Part shown: in pieces, positions 10,237 to 18,960 of the stretch
How the letters are laid out: each line of letters starts with the position of its first letter
Position numbering within the stretch: position 1 is the stretch's first letter
Assembly (NCBI GenBank): GCA_964590635.1
Contig: CAZPYX010000001.1
Coordinates: forward strand, 550 to 64,549
Reading direction: 5' to 3'
DNA: 64,000 nucleotides
Origin: an uncultured Bdellovibrio sp.
GTDB lineage: Bacteria > Bdellovibrionota > Bdellovibrionia > Bdellovibrionales > Bdellovibrionaceae
Translations under genes and position numbers: made by a program
The notes under the pieces: generated by a model
Told to the model about the DNA's origin: nothing
Database searches by the model: none
What the model saw: the letters and a program-made list of their open reading frames with translations, nothing else

Positions 10237-12109
10237 GAATACCCCCGTGCTTGATTGGCAGTTCTACCGTAAAAGTGGATCCATTTCCATAATTAGATTC
10301 TACGGAAAGATTTCCTTTGTGTAGCTCTGTAAAATATTTAGCCAAGTAGAGCCCTAGCCCCGAACCCTTGATAGGCGAACTCTTGGCATTTTTACTTCTA
10401 AAAAACTTCATAAAGATATTATTGAGCTCTTCGGCAGGGATGCCGGGCCCCTGGTCGGCGACTTGAATGACGACTTTCTCATCTTTTTCCTCGCTGCTGA
10501 CCATGATTTTCGTGTCTTCTGGAGAGTACTTAATGGCGTTCTCTACCAGATTCGAAAGAACTTGTTTCATGAGGTCAGAATCCATAGGAATTGGAAACAT
10601 TGGTTCGAGCTCTGAAACGATTTGGATGCGTTTTACTTTAGCTAAAAACTCATGCTTACGGATGACTTCTTTAAGGACGTTGTTAATGTCCTTACTTTGC
10701 AGATGAAGTTGCACACCTTCGCTCTCAATTCGACCGTAATTGAGGATGGCGCTGATGAATTTCAATAAATCATCGGCAGAGTGCTTGATCGTATCGACAG
10801 CCTCACGCTGCTGAGAGCTGACAGGGTTTGCGTCTGTCAGAATAACTTCAGTCATTCCCTGAATGCGCGCAATCGGCGTCTTCAGATCATGGGACATCAT
10901 AGAGATAAAGTTCGTCTTAAGCTCTTCAACTTGGCTCAAGAGTTTATTCTTCTGATAATATTCCCAACTACGGCGATTTTCGACAATCAAGCGGTAGGGG
11001 ATGAAGAAGTAGTAGCAGAGGAGGCCTGCCAAAAGTGGATGAGCCATTGGAATCCAGAGGCCGAAAACCCAATAGAGAGCAAAACAAACGACAGTAAATC
11101 CACCCAGGGAACCAACCAAGATCAAAAGACCTTTTGTCGGTTTCATAGTAAGGACAGTCTGAATTGTTAAGAAAGCGATAACGAAAAGCAAAATCCAATT
11201 TATATAACTAGGTAATTTTACCGGACCTGAATTGCGAATGAGGGTATCAATGATATTCGCCTGCATCTCAATGCGAGTCATAGCGGTTGGTGAACGATCT
11301 AGAGGAGTTCTAATGTACTCTTGTTCATTCAGGTTGAGATCCGTACCAATAAGAACGATTTTGTCTTTGAATCGATCTGCATTTATTTTTCCACTTAGGA
11401 CATCTTCAAATGAAGATGAGGGAAATGTATTTTGCTTATGGTAGTCGATATAAGCTTGGTCTGTATCGTAAAAGAGGAAGTGTCCACGTACATTTTCTGG
11501 AGAAATAATCTCAGGATTGAAAAGGCTAGCTAGTTGAACTTGCAACATAGGTGAGCCTTGGAATGTAAGAATCATTCTTCTTGTAACGCTATCTTTTGCA
11601 AAGTTTAGAACATCGGCTGTTTTTGGAGCCGGAACGGATTTTACTTGCTCGAGAGGGTCCGGGAGATAGAGGCTTTTCTCCTCTCCTTTAAGTACAGTCG
11701 CCTTTGATGCAACAAAAACATTTTTATTCGCTACGATGACAGCTTCCCAGCTGTTTTTACTGTCCACATTGCCGGCTGACTCATCAACTGCGAAGTCATA
11801 AACGATGGCTTTGGCGTTGGAGGCTAGGATATTTTTAAGCAGTTGCTTTTGTGCTGCCGCATCCGGAAGACCCTTAAATTTTTGAACTGTATTAGGAGTA
11901 ATATAAATGAGTTCAATTTTATCAGAACTTGGAGTAAGGAGCTTGGTTTCTACGCGAACGTCAAAAAGCCAAGATTCAATGAACTCCAAATGAAGTTGAG
12001 CGATAAGAAATGCCATCCCCACCGCGAACAGAGCTCGCAGTGCAAAAGTACGATATTGGCTTCGCTTGGAAGCTCTTAATGTCTCTTCAGGGGAGGGAGG
12101 AAGAGTCAT
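10229..12109 (-). CDS. CHASE2-domain sensor histidine kinase
   Basis: N-terminal TM; periplasmic domain with TRRMIL and FKDKIVLIG..TP..MTRIEMQANIIDTL (CHASE2-like); three TM; SHDLKTP; NLVENAIKYS; DQGPGI; GSGLGL. Confidence 0.88.
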   Translation of the reverse strand: MTLPPSPEETLRASKRSQYRTFALRALFAVGMAFLIAQLHLEFIESWLFDVRVETKLLTPSSDKIELIYITPNTVQKFKGLPDAAAQKQLLKNILASNAKAIVYDFAVDESAGNVDSKNSWEAVIVANKNVFVASKATVLKGEEKSLYLPDPLEQVKSVPAPKTADVLNFAKDSVTRRMILTFQGSPMLQVQLASLFNPEIISPENVRGHFLFYDTDQAYIDYHKQNTFPSSSFEDVLSGKINADRFKDKIVLIGTDLNLNEQEYIRTPLDRSPTAMTRIEMQANIIDTLIRNSGPVKLPSYINWILLFVIAFLTIQTVLTMKPTKGLLILVGSLGGFTVVCFALYWVFGLWIPMAHPLLAGLLCYYFFIPYRLIVENRRSWEYYQKNKLLSQVEELKTNFISMMSHDLKTPIARIQGMTEVILTDANPVSSQQREAVDTIKHSADDLLKFISAILNYGRIESEGVQLHLQSKDINNVLKEVIRKHEFLAKVKRIQIVSELEPMFPIPMDSDLMKQVLSNLVENAIKYSPEDTKIMVSSEEKDEKVVIQVADQGPGIPAEELNNIFMKFFRSKNAKSSPIKGSGLGLYLAKYFTELHKGNLSVESNYGNGSTFTVELPIKHGGIHA

Positions 12110-12136
12110 AATTTCCTTTGCGTAGTTTCTTATTTT

Positions 12137-12250
12137 CTATTTAACAGGAATACACTCATTGCCACCGCCTAAGCCAGGAGATGATCCAAAGCTAGGAGTA
12201 GTCTTAACGGGCTTTACCTTTTTAATATGTTTAGTAGTTTGAGTTGTCAT
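12137..12250 (-). CDS. Putative RiPP precursor peptide, 37 aa: MTTQTTKHIKKVKPVKTTPSFGSSPGLGGGNECIPVK
   Basis: Below the ORF-track cut-off; translated by hand. GAGGT RBS 5 nt before the ATG; ATG lies 11 nt after the radical SAM stop; TAG is 27 nt before the kinase ATG. Confidence 0.8.
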   Translation of the reverse strand: MTTQTTKHIKKVKPVKTTPSFGSSPGLGGGNECIPVK

Positions 12251-12261
12251 CGTGTACCTCA

Positions 12262-13542
12262 TTAGCAGGCTTCCCTGCATTTTTTGTAGAATAATAAAGT
12301 TGTGCCAAGCAAGTCTTGCATACGCGAGCAGAATTGTTTGTTCTTTGTATTTTTAGAGCCAGATCCTTGTTTGTGGATAAACATGCATCCTCCGCCGCAC
12401 AAGTAGCGTGCCCAGCATGTCTGGCAATTATTTTGTTCGATAAGTGAATCAGTGTACTTTTTTAAGGCCGCATTGTCCAACACGCTACCTTGTCCAACCT
12501 GTTCATTTTTTTGTCCAACGTCCCATGGGCACGTGAATAGACCATTTTTTGCATCAACAACTAAGAACGACTTTCCAGCGCCACAGAAATTCTCTGTTCT
12601 GCGTTGATCGTCTAGAGAAGAAAAAATATTATCGAAGAAGCCAATTTGTCTTAGACCGGCTTCGCCTAAATTTTCATAAGCATACTCGGCAATTTGATGC
12701 ATTTGTTGCGCAAAGATCTTGCTGCTTTTTTCGTCAGCGGCTTCAACGCCATAAGTGAATTCATATTTATCGGCCGGGAAATTGCGATAGAAGTTGTATG
12801 CTTCGATGAGGTTCATATTTTCATCATGAAAAACGCCATGCAAAGAAATCGAACCCAGTTGCTCTTTGTTTGCAAATAACATTTTTAGTCCCTCAGTGAC
12901 GATGGCAGAACTGCCCTGGCCATTCTTCAAGGGACGTACTTTGTCGTTAATATATTCCGGTCCATCAACACTTACAGTGATGTGGCATTTGATATCTTTG
13001 AGCAACTGAAGTGTTGTTTCATTGATCAAAGTTCCATTTGTGACGATCGCAAAATATGCCTTAAGGTCTTTTTCTGAGGTAAACGCCTTAACATATTGTG
13101 CAATGGCTCGAATTCCCTCTGGGTAGAGAAGGGGCTCTCCGCCAAGGAAAGTAATTTTAAAACTTTGCCCTGCAGAAAGCTGCTCTAGGAAAAATTTTAA
13201 TTGAGGCAAAGTCTTTTCAACAGAAATCTTCGTTTGTGGAGACCCATAGGTTCCGTCTCCACCGGCCGCGCAGTAAGTGCATTTCAGATTGCAAATTTGG
13301 GTGACATTGATCGTAAGGCTGCGAATACCGAATGCCAACTTTCCAGAGGAAACTTCCAAGTTGTTCTCATTGTTCCATGTAGCCAAAGATTCCTGAAGTT
13401 CTGAGTTCTTAATTTCGGAACCCAGTTCTTGCCAAAGCTCATCAGAGATCTCCGCGACTTCCAAATTTCGGGCGTGGAAAGCTATCGGAGCTTGTTGGCC
13501 CCATTTGAATGCTATGATGTCGTTTTGTCTCCGAGTTTCCAC
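12262..13542 (-). CDS. Radical SAM/SPASM peptide maturase (CteB/PapB-like)
   Basis: CNLKCTYC, FLGGEPLL, VTNGTL and a seven-Cys SPASM (CGAG..CPW..CQTC..CGGGC..C); about 70 aa of N-terminal RRE-like region. Start uncertain: the track gives 13674, but a sigma54 promoter inside that extension points to GTG 13542. Confidence 0.88.
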   Translation of the reverse strand: METRRQNDIIAFKWGQQAPIAFHARNLEVAEISDELWQELGSEIKNSELQESLATWNNENNLEVSSGKLAFGIRSLTINVTQICNLKCTYCAAGGDGTYGSPQTKISVEKTLPQLKFFLEQLSAGQSFKITFLGGEPLLYPEGIRAIAQYVKAFTSEKDLKAYFAIVTNGTLINETTLQLLKDIKCHITVSVDGPEYINDKVRPLKNGQGSSAIVTEGLKMLFANKEQLGSISLHGVFHDENMNLIEAYNFYRNFPADKYEFTYGVEAADEKSSKIFAQQMHQIAEYAYENLGEAGLRQIGFFDNIFSSLDDQRRTENFCGAGKSFLVVDAKNGLFTCPWDVGQKNEQVGQGSVLDNAALKKYTDSLIEQNNCQTCWARYLCGGGCMFIHKQGSGSKNTKNKQFCSRMQDLLGTTLLFYKKCREAC

Positions 13543-13553
13543 ACCCAAAGTGC

Positions 13554-13570
13554 TAGCAATAGATGTACCA
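13554..13570 (-). promoter_or_regulatory. Sigma54 (-24/-12) promoter for the radical SAM operon
   Basis: Minus strand TGGTAC-ATCTA-TTGCTA; GG-N10-GC spacing with one mismatch to TGGCAC-N5-TTGCW. Confidence 0.7.
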
Positions 13571-13703
13571 CTTTGAGAAATACTTGGCTGGCCGAATAAG
13601 ATGAGTAAAATCAATAATTTAGAATATATTTGGAGGTGGTATTTTGAGCCATATTTTGATGGAAGTGGGGTCAAAATGAAACTATTGCAGGTATGACCAT
13701 CAG

Positions 13704-13732
13704 CTAAGCAACAACGACCGGATTGCCGATAA
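13704..13732 (+). promoter_or_regulatory. Sigma28 (FliA)-like promoter
   Basis: CTAAG-N16-GCCGATAA with a perfect -10 box, 6 nt before ATG 13739. Confidence 0.55.
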
Positions 13733-13738
13733 GATCTT

Positions 13739-15418
13739 ATGCTTAATCACCATGTGACGACAGCCCACAACTATAAGGAATTTCCGCAATCAGTTGTCGT
13801 AAAAAATACTGTGGACGAGAAAGTTGGAGGAAGAGATGGTCGAATTCGACGATTTGTTCTTAGCATGGACGGTGAATCACTTGATTCCGATTTAGAACGT
13901 TTTCAGAAGCAATTAGGAATTGAGACCAGACCCTTACAAGAATATCAGAACTACTTTCTGTTATCTGGATCGAAGCAAATCTATTTGAGATTGTATGATC
14001 CTAAATCAATTTTGACTTTGCTGCCTGGTCAGATCGAGAAGAAGGGATCAGATCTAGCAGGGAAGATTCTATTTGTTGGAAGTCACGACCAGCATTCCTT
14101 TTATTTGCACAAGTCAATTTCTGGAAGATTTGTTTTAAATGACTCTCAATCAATGGAGTATATGATTTCAGATGCATCCTATCTTGTTAATGCTTTGGAA
14201 AATTTGCGAAGTTTAAATTATATCAAGATGCCGCCGCAATCAGTGAACGTGCTTTGGATCACGGTTTTTGTTGCAATTAATGTCTTTCTTCTATTTATTT
14301 TAAGTCCGTTTTCTTTCATTGTAGCCTCATTTGTTTATCCAATTTTATTTTTCGCTTTGAATTGTTCGATATTTGAATTTGTACAATTTAATTTAGATAT
14401 AAGTAGAGTTTTGTTCTGCGGTCTTTTAATTCAATATATAGGCGTTCCAATTTTACTAATGCGCTACTTGAGACGAGTTGACTCTGAAAAACTTCAGGCA
14501 GAGAAGGAAAGAGCTGTTGATAAGGTCAAATCACGTTTTATTGTTAAGGTCGCAAAGGCTGATCTGAGTTTGCAAATGGCAGCAAGAGTATCGCATGATA
14601 TTCGCAGCCCATTGATGGCTTTGCAGGTCGCAAATTCATTCATTAAGGGCAAGATTTCAGAAGATTTAGAATCTCTCATTCATGAATCTACTCTGAGACT
14701 TAAATTTATTGCCGAAGATATTCTCGACGGCTATCGAGAAGGAAAAGTGGGAGTACGTCCAACTGAGCGAACGGCAATAAAAGAAGTTCTTGAAGAGCTA
14801 TTGAAGTCTTACCGAACCTTGAATCCCGATGTAAAATTTGAATTAGAAGTTGCAGATAATATTGTGACGTTCATTCCCTCATATAGTTTACAAAGATGTC
14901 TTTCAAATTTATTCAATAATTCGATCGAAGCTTTTGAAAACTCATGTGAAACGGTACTTATTTCTGCCAGCCATATCGATGCGAAGAAGGGCAGCTGTTT
15001 CATTATTAATTTGCCTGAAGCTCTTTCTCGAGTTCCCTTGGCAATCACGTCCAACGTTTTAGTTGTAGAGTCTGGGCAAGAGATTTACACCGCGTTGAGA
15101 AATACCGGAAATGTATCTCTGCATATGCGGCAGGAGAGAACTGTTGAGGCAGCACATAATGCCTTGCGCGAGTTTGGTGGGAAATGGACTGTGTTCATTG
15201 ATCTCTCTTTGTCAGATGAAGAATCTGGCTTTGACTTAATAGAAGTATTGGGTGAGAGCTTTTCAGGAAAGGTAATTCTTTGTTCAGTTTTTGCAGACAA
15301 CATGGAAGTGCAAGAAATCGCAAATCGTTACGATGCACTTCTTTTGAATAAAGAACTGTTGCCTCGTTTAGAGTTGATTGTGAGTAACCAAAATTCTATC
15401 CGAGGCAATTCAACTTAG
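13739..15418 (+). CDS. Degenerate hybrid histidine kinase (partial CHASE2-like region, TMs, HisKA, truncated HATPase, atypical REC)
   Basis: DGRIRRFVL, three TM, VSHDIRSP, NLFNNSIEA then almost directly KKGSCFIINLP with no DxGxG; C-terminal VLVVES..FIDLSL..LLNK. AT-rich. Confidence 0.7.
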   Translation: MLNHHVTTAHNYKEFPQSVVVKNTVDEKVGGRDGRIRRFVLSMDGESLDSDLERFQKQLGIETRPLQEYQNYFLLSGSKQIYLRLYDPKSILTLLPGQIEKKGSDLAGKILFVGSHDQHSFYLHKSISGRFVLNDSQSMEYMISDASYLVNALENLRSLNYIKMPPQSVNVLWITVFVAINVFLLFILSPFSFIVASFVYPILFFALNCSIFEFVQFNLDISRVLFCGLLIQYIGVPILLMRYLRRVDSEKLQAEKERAVDKVKSRFIVKVAKADLSLQMAARVSHDIRSPLMALQVANSFIKGKISEDLESLIHESTLRLKFIAEDILDGYREGKVGVRPTERTAIKEVLEELLKSYRTLNPDVKFELEVADNIVTFIPSYSLQRCLSNLFNNSIEAFENSCETVLISASHIDAKKGSCFIINLPEALSRVPLAITSNVLVVESGQEIYTALRNTGNVSLHMRQERTVEAAHNALREFGGKWTVFIDLSLSDEESGFDLIEVLGESFSGKVILCSVFADNMEVQEIANRYDALLLNKELLPRLELIVSNQNSIRGNST

Positions 15419-17367
15419 TGAACTTTAAACTCACCGGTTTCGTCAGTAAACAAGCGAAGATCAAAAGAGCGGTCGGTGATGACGCGTTGGATGTACATGA
15501 GGGACTTATACAGCTCTTCTTGGTCGAAATTGCCGAAGCGATAAGAGATTGTATCTACGCCTTTTGCAGAGAAAGTCATTTCGTAAGCAATCAGAGATTG
15601 AACTTGGTTGGCGGGGATTAGTGATAACAGGAAGCCACCACCATATTGCTGCCAAAGAGGGAAGTCTTTAAGTTCCTTGAATGACTTGTAACGAGCTTCT
15701 GAGGTTTCCGCAGGATTGAAGATCACTGCCAAAGACCTTGCGACATATGAGATGTCCAAATCATAACGATCTAAACCAAATGATCTGTTGTCATCGCCGT
15801 AAGGACCTTGCTCGCGGGGTGGCATTTTTGGGGTTCCATGGGTTTTGATGAAGTTATAAAGACGTACTTTCGCCAATGGATAGTCCAATGTGGGAATCGC
15901 ACGCAAAGCATTTGGATGGAAGAAGATCTCGTTACTAAAGTAGCCATTGACGTGACTGCCATTAGAGAAATCCCATTTTTTCCAATCAATGCGTGCATAT
16001 TCTTCGGCTGGGATCACGGACTTCACGTGTTCTTGGATGTCTTTGTAGTCACCCTTTGAAACGTTCTTCATCTTCATTTCACGGCCCAGTGTTAATGCGA
16101 CAAAGTCGCGAATGATCCAACTGTCGTCAGAAGAGAAAAGCATATTCGTCGTGATGCGATTTTCATCTCCGAACAATCCAAAGATAGCTTTCACTTTCTT
16201 GTTTGTTTGGAATGTATCCATGATGTATTTTTGCTCTTTGTCGTCGCGGTCCACGTGTACCACTTTATTTTGCGCATAAGTAGAGCCCGCTTCAAAACGC
16301 AGAATATTCAAACCAAATTTGAATGAAGAATCCGTGCTTAAAGATTCGTTGGAACCTTTGAAAATGCGATCAATTCGACGTTTGAAAGGCTCGAGTTCAT
16401 GATCTTCTTTTACGATATCTTCAACAACTGAAAGATCTGTTAACAGATCTTCTTTAACAACAGCACTTTTTTCGATCGGGTTGATAAACGCAAGATCTTT
16501 AAAGCGTGTTTTCTTGTGAATAAGATCGTTGTAGGCCTGTGCCGCTTGGGAATTATTGAGGTCAAAGACATAGTCTAGCATGAAGAGATTGTTCGCACTT
16601 CTGCCGGTACCAAGGATGAGTGGATCTAGATCGATCCAACTTTTGATTCTATTATCTAAGTATTTGAAACCAACAATTTTGAAGTTTCCAAAGTTGACGT
16701 TGCCGTCAGCTCCCATGCCTTTTCCGCGAATTGCGATGAGCTTCACACGCAGCTTGTTGTTGGACATTCTAAATGTATGAATTAAGAACTCACCAGAGAC
16801 ATACGCATGAGTAGAGGCTCCAACATTGCCGATGGCCGTTAAAGGTGCATTCGCACCGAGCGAAACCACAAAGGAAAGTTTGCCAGTCATGGCGACGAAA
16901 TCCCCTGGATTCAAATTGCGAATGGCTTGCTCTGCAGAAAGCGGTAAGTTCTTAGGTCCATAGGGTAAAGCAGTTAAAGAGTCGACTTGCTTCTTAAATT
17001 GACGGGCAAAAATGATCTCTGAGTTATTATTGATTCCGAATCCTAGAGGCAAGTCATTGCCATCAATAAAATCCCCTGGATTTGCATCAAGGTCTAATGA
17101 GTATCTGTCGAGACGGGTGTAATAACCATCGACATAGGAAGGCTCAGATTGGATTTTGTATTTAATCGCAGCAGAGAGTCCATCGAAAACGTTGGCATCG
17201 ACGATGTTAACTGTAGCTCCAACTTTTTGTTTTGCGATGATGTTCTTAACTCGCGTGGCAACCTTAGAGGGCTCGAGGAAATCAAGACCTCCAGCATGAG
17301 CTGGTAACGCCGAAAATAACAGACCCGATGATAGGGTCACAGATAGTACATGTTTGGCGATAGTCAT
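15415..17367 (-). CDS. Secreted hypothetical protein, 650 aa
   Basis: Signal peptide ending PAHA, GGAGG RBS, no family recognised. Confidence 0.85.
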   Translation of the reverse strand: MTIAKHVLSVTLSSGLLFSALPAHAGGLDFLEPSKVATRVKNIIAKQKVGATVNIVDANVFDGLSAAIKYKIQSEPSYVDGYYTRLDRYSLDLDANPGDFIDGNDLPLGFGINNNSEIIFARQFKKQVDSLTALPYGPKNLPLSAEQAIRNLNPGDFVAMTGKLSFVVSLGANAPLTAIGNVGASTHAYVSGEFLIHTFRMSNNKLRVKLIAIRGKGMGADGNVNFGNFKIVGFKYLDNRIKSWIDLDPLILGTGRSANNLFMLDYVFDLNNSQAAQAYNDLIHKKTRFKDLAFINPIEKSAVVKEDLLTDLSVVEDIVKEDHELEPFKRRIDRIFKGSNESLSTDSSFKFGLNILRFEAGSTYAQNKVVHVDRDDKEQKYIMDTFQTNKKVKAIFGLFGDENRITTNMLFSSDDSWIIRDFVALTLGREMKMKNVSKGDYKDIQEHVKSVIPAEEYARIDWKKWDFSNGSHVNGYFSNEIFFHPNALRAIPTLDYPLAKVRLYNFIKTHGTPKMPPREQGPYGDDNRSFGLDRYDLDISYVARSLAVIFNPAETSEARYKSFKELKDFPLWQQYGGGFLLSLIPANQVQSLIAYEMTFSAKGVDTISYRFGNFDQEELYKSLMYIQRVITDRSFDLRLFTDETGEFKVH

Positions 17368-17410
17368 CGCACGGACCTCCGAATAAATCTGCTTAAACGT
17401 TGCAAATCAT

Positions 17411-17426
17411 TGCAAGTGAAGTGCCT
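17411..17426 (-). promoter_or_regulatory. Sigma54 promoter for the 650-aa protein gene
   Basis: Minus strand AGGCAC-TTCAC-TTGCA, GG-N10-GC, 43 nt upstream of the ATG. Confidence 0.65.
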
Positions 17427-17580
17427 CTTTAAAGAGGTTTTTATTATCACTCGCAGTCCAAAGGATTTCTTAAATACTCGGTCTGTCGAAAAGTTAAACA
17501 GAGATTGAAGAGGGCGGTGGGTGGAATTGACGCAAACTTCAACCAAAAGTAAGTCCGTACCTTTTGCGTTTTACTAGCAA

Positions 17581-17598
17581 AATTGGGCTAGCCCAATT
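17581..17598. promoter_or_regulatory. Perfect 18-bp palindrome, possible operator
   Basis: AATTGGGCTAGCCCAATT, 11 nt upstream of the ferredoxin ATG. Confidence 0.4.
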
Positions 17599-17609
17599 AG
17601 CATGAACTT

Positions 17610-17867
17610 ATGAAGATCAAATTTGTTGTTGATGGAGTGGAAACTGAAGTTGAGGCGGAGTCAGGAAGAAGTCTTCTTGATATTGCTTTGATTGCGCGAC
17701 TTCAGCCGCCATACTCTTGTCTCGAGGGAAATTGTGGAACCTGTGAGGCCGTGATCGAGAGCGGGAAGACCACTGAAGACAAAATTGGCAGTGTCACAGT
17801 TCGCACTTGTCAGGCAGTACCTAGGTCTGACTCTCTGACAGTAAATTACGATAAGGTCGAGACATAA
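17610..17867 (+). CDS. 2Fe-2S ferredoxin
   Basis: PYSCLEGNCGTC..RTCQA plant-type cysteine pattern. Confidence 0.9.
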   Translation: MKIKFVVDGVETEVEAESGRSLLDIALIARLQPPYSCLEGNCGTCEAVIESGKTTEDKIGSVTVRTCQAVPRSDSLTVNYDKVET

Positions 17868-17915
17868 ATAATATGTGTTTGATTCGCGTTTTTTACCGGG
17901 TATTCTGACAGCTCT

Positions 17916-18896
17916 ATGTCTCTCAGAATAAAATTTTGGGGCGTGAGGGGATCACTTCCTTCATCACCTACACCGACGGAATGGACATATCATATTGAGG
18001 GAGTTATTCGTAACTTCTTCTCAATGGGCTATCGTGATCTTTCTCAGGTTTCAAATTATATCAAAAGTGTCCCCGAGCCCGTTATAGGTGGCTATGGCAC
18101 GGCAACGACTTGCGTAGAACTTTCCAGTGCAAAGTCACAAATCATTATTGATGGTGGCAGTGGCATTCGCACTTTGAGCGAGTCGATCATGAGAGGCACC
18201 TCTGGCAGAGCAAAAGGTCCTTTCCATATTTTTATGACTCATTTTCATTGGGATCATATAATTGGATTGCCGTTTTTTACTCCGCATTTTATTCCAGGAA
18301 GTGAAATTCATTATTATGCGGTTCAGAGTGATCTTGAGCAGTTAATCCGCGGAATTTTCAAGAAGCCTTATTTTCCAGTTCCCTTTGAAGCTTTGAAAGC
18401 AAAAATCCACTTCCATATTTTGGAGCCTCGCAAGCCCATTCAAGTCGATGATTTTAAAGTGACTCCTTATCAGCTCGATCATCCAGATCCTTGTTGGGGT
18501 TACAAGGTAGAGTCCGGTGGAAAAACTTACGCGCATTGTGTGGATACAGAAGGAACCCGCGTGACTCCTGAAGAGTTGGGGCTGGATCTTCCCTTGTATC
18601 AGAATGTCGATGTGATGTATTTCGATGCTCAGTACACTTTGCCAGAGTTGGCGGAAAAAGCGAATTGGGGACATAGCGCTGCTCAAGTAGGGCTTGAAAT
18701 TGCGTTACGTGAAGGGATTCACAGAGTGCTATTCGCACATCATGATCCGGGCGCTCGTGCTGAACACGTGATGGAGCTAAAACGTCAAACAGGTGAGTAC
18801 TATCAGTCTTTGATGTCGAAGGTTTCCGAAAATAATGAGCAGATCAAAGAAATCGTTTGGGACTTCGCGCACGAAGGTCTTGAGATTAAACTTTAA
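17916..18896 (+). CDS. Metallo-beta-lactamase-fold hydrolase
   Basis: WGVRGSLP, IIDGGSG, THFHWDH, LDHP, FDAQY, WGHS, HHDP motifs. Confidence 0.9.
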   Translation: MSLRIKFWGVRGSLPSSPTPTEWTYHIEGVIRNFFSMGYRDLSQVSNYIKSVPEPVIGGYGTATTCVELSSAKSQIIIDGGSGIRTLSESIMRGTSGRAKGPFHIFMTHFHWDHIIGLPFFTPHFIPGSEIHYYAVQSDLEQLIRGIFKKPYFPVPFEALKAKIHFHILEPRKPIQVDDFKVTPYQLDHPDPCWGYKVESGGKTYAHCVDTEGTRVTPEELGLDLPLYQNVDVMYFDAQYTLPELAEKANWGHSAAQVGLEIALREGIHRVLFAHHDPGARAEHVMELKRQTGEYYQSLMSKVSENNEQIKEIVWDFAHEGLEIKL

Positions 18897-18960
18897 TATA
18901 GTTTCCAACGCTTCAAAGTTTTTAAGCTATGAAGTAAATCCGTCACTCATATTCAAAATT

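Noticed and set aside
12137-12250. AgrD-type thiolactone precursor (Cys five residues from the end)
   Set aside because: No AgrB-like protease gene and no acidic C-terminal tail; the adjacent enzyme is a radical SAM maturase.
13543-13674. Signal-peptide-like N-terminus on the radical SAM ORF
   Set aside because: Fe-S maturases are cytoplasmic, and this stretch contains a sigma54 promoter; treated as an ORF-caller extension.
17400-17415. TTGCAA-atca-TTGCAA as a second Zur box
   Set aside because: The spacing is one base shorter than at 1969-1985, it overlaps a sigma54 -12 element, and no metal gene is adjacent.
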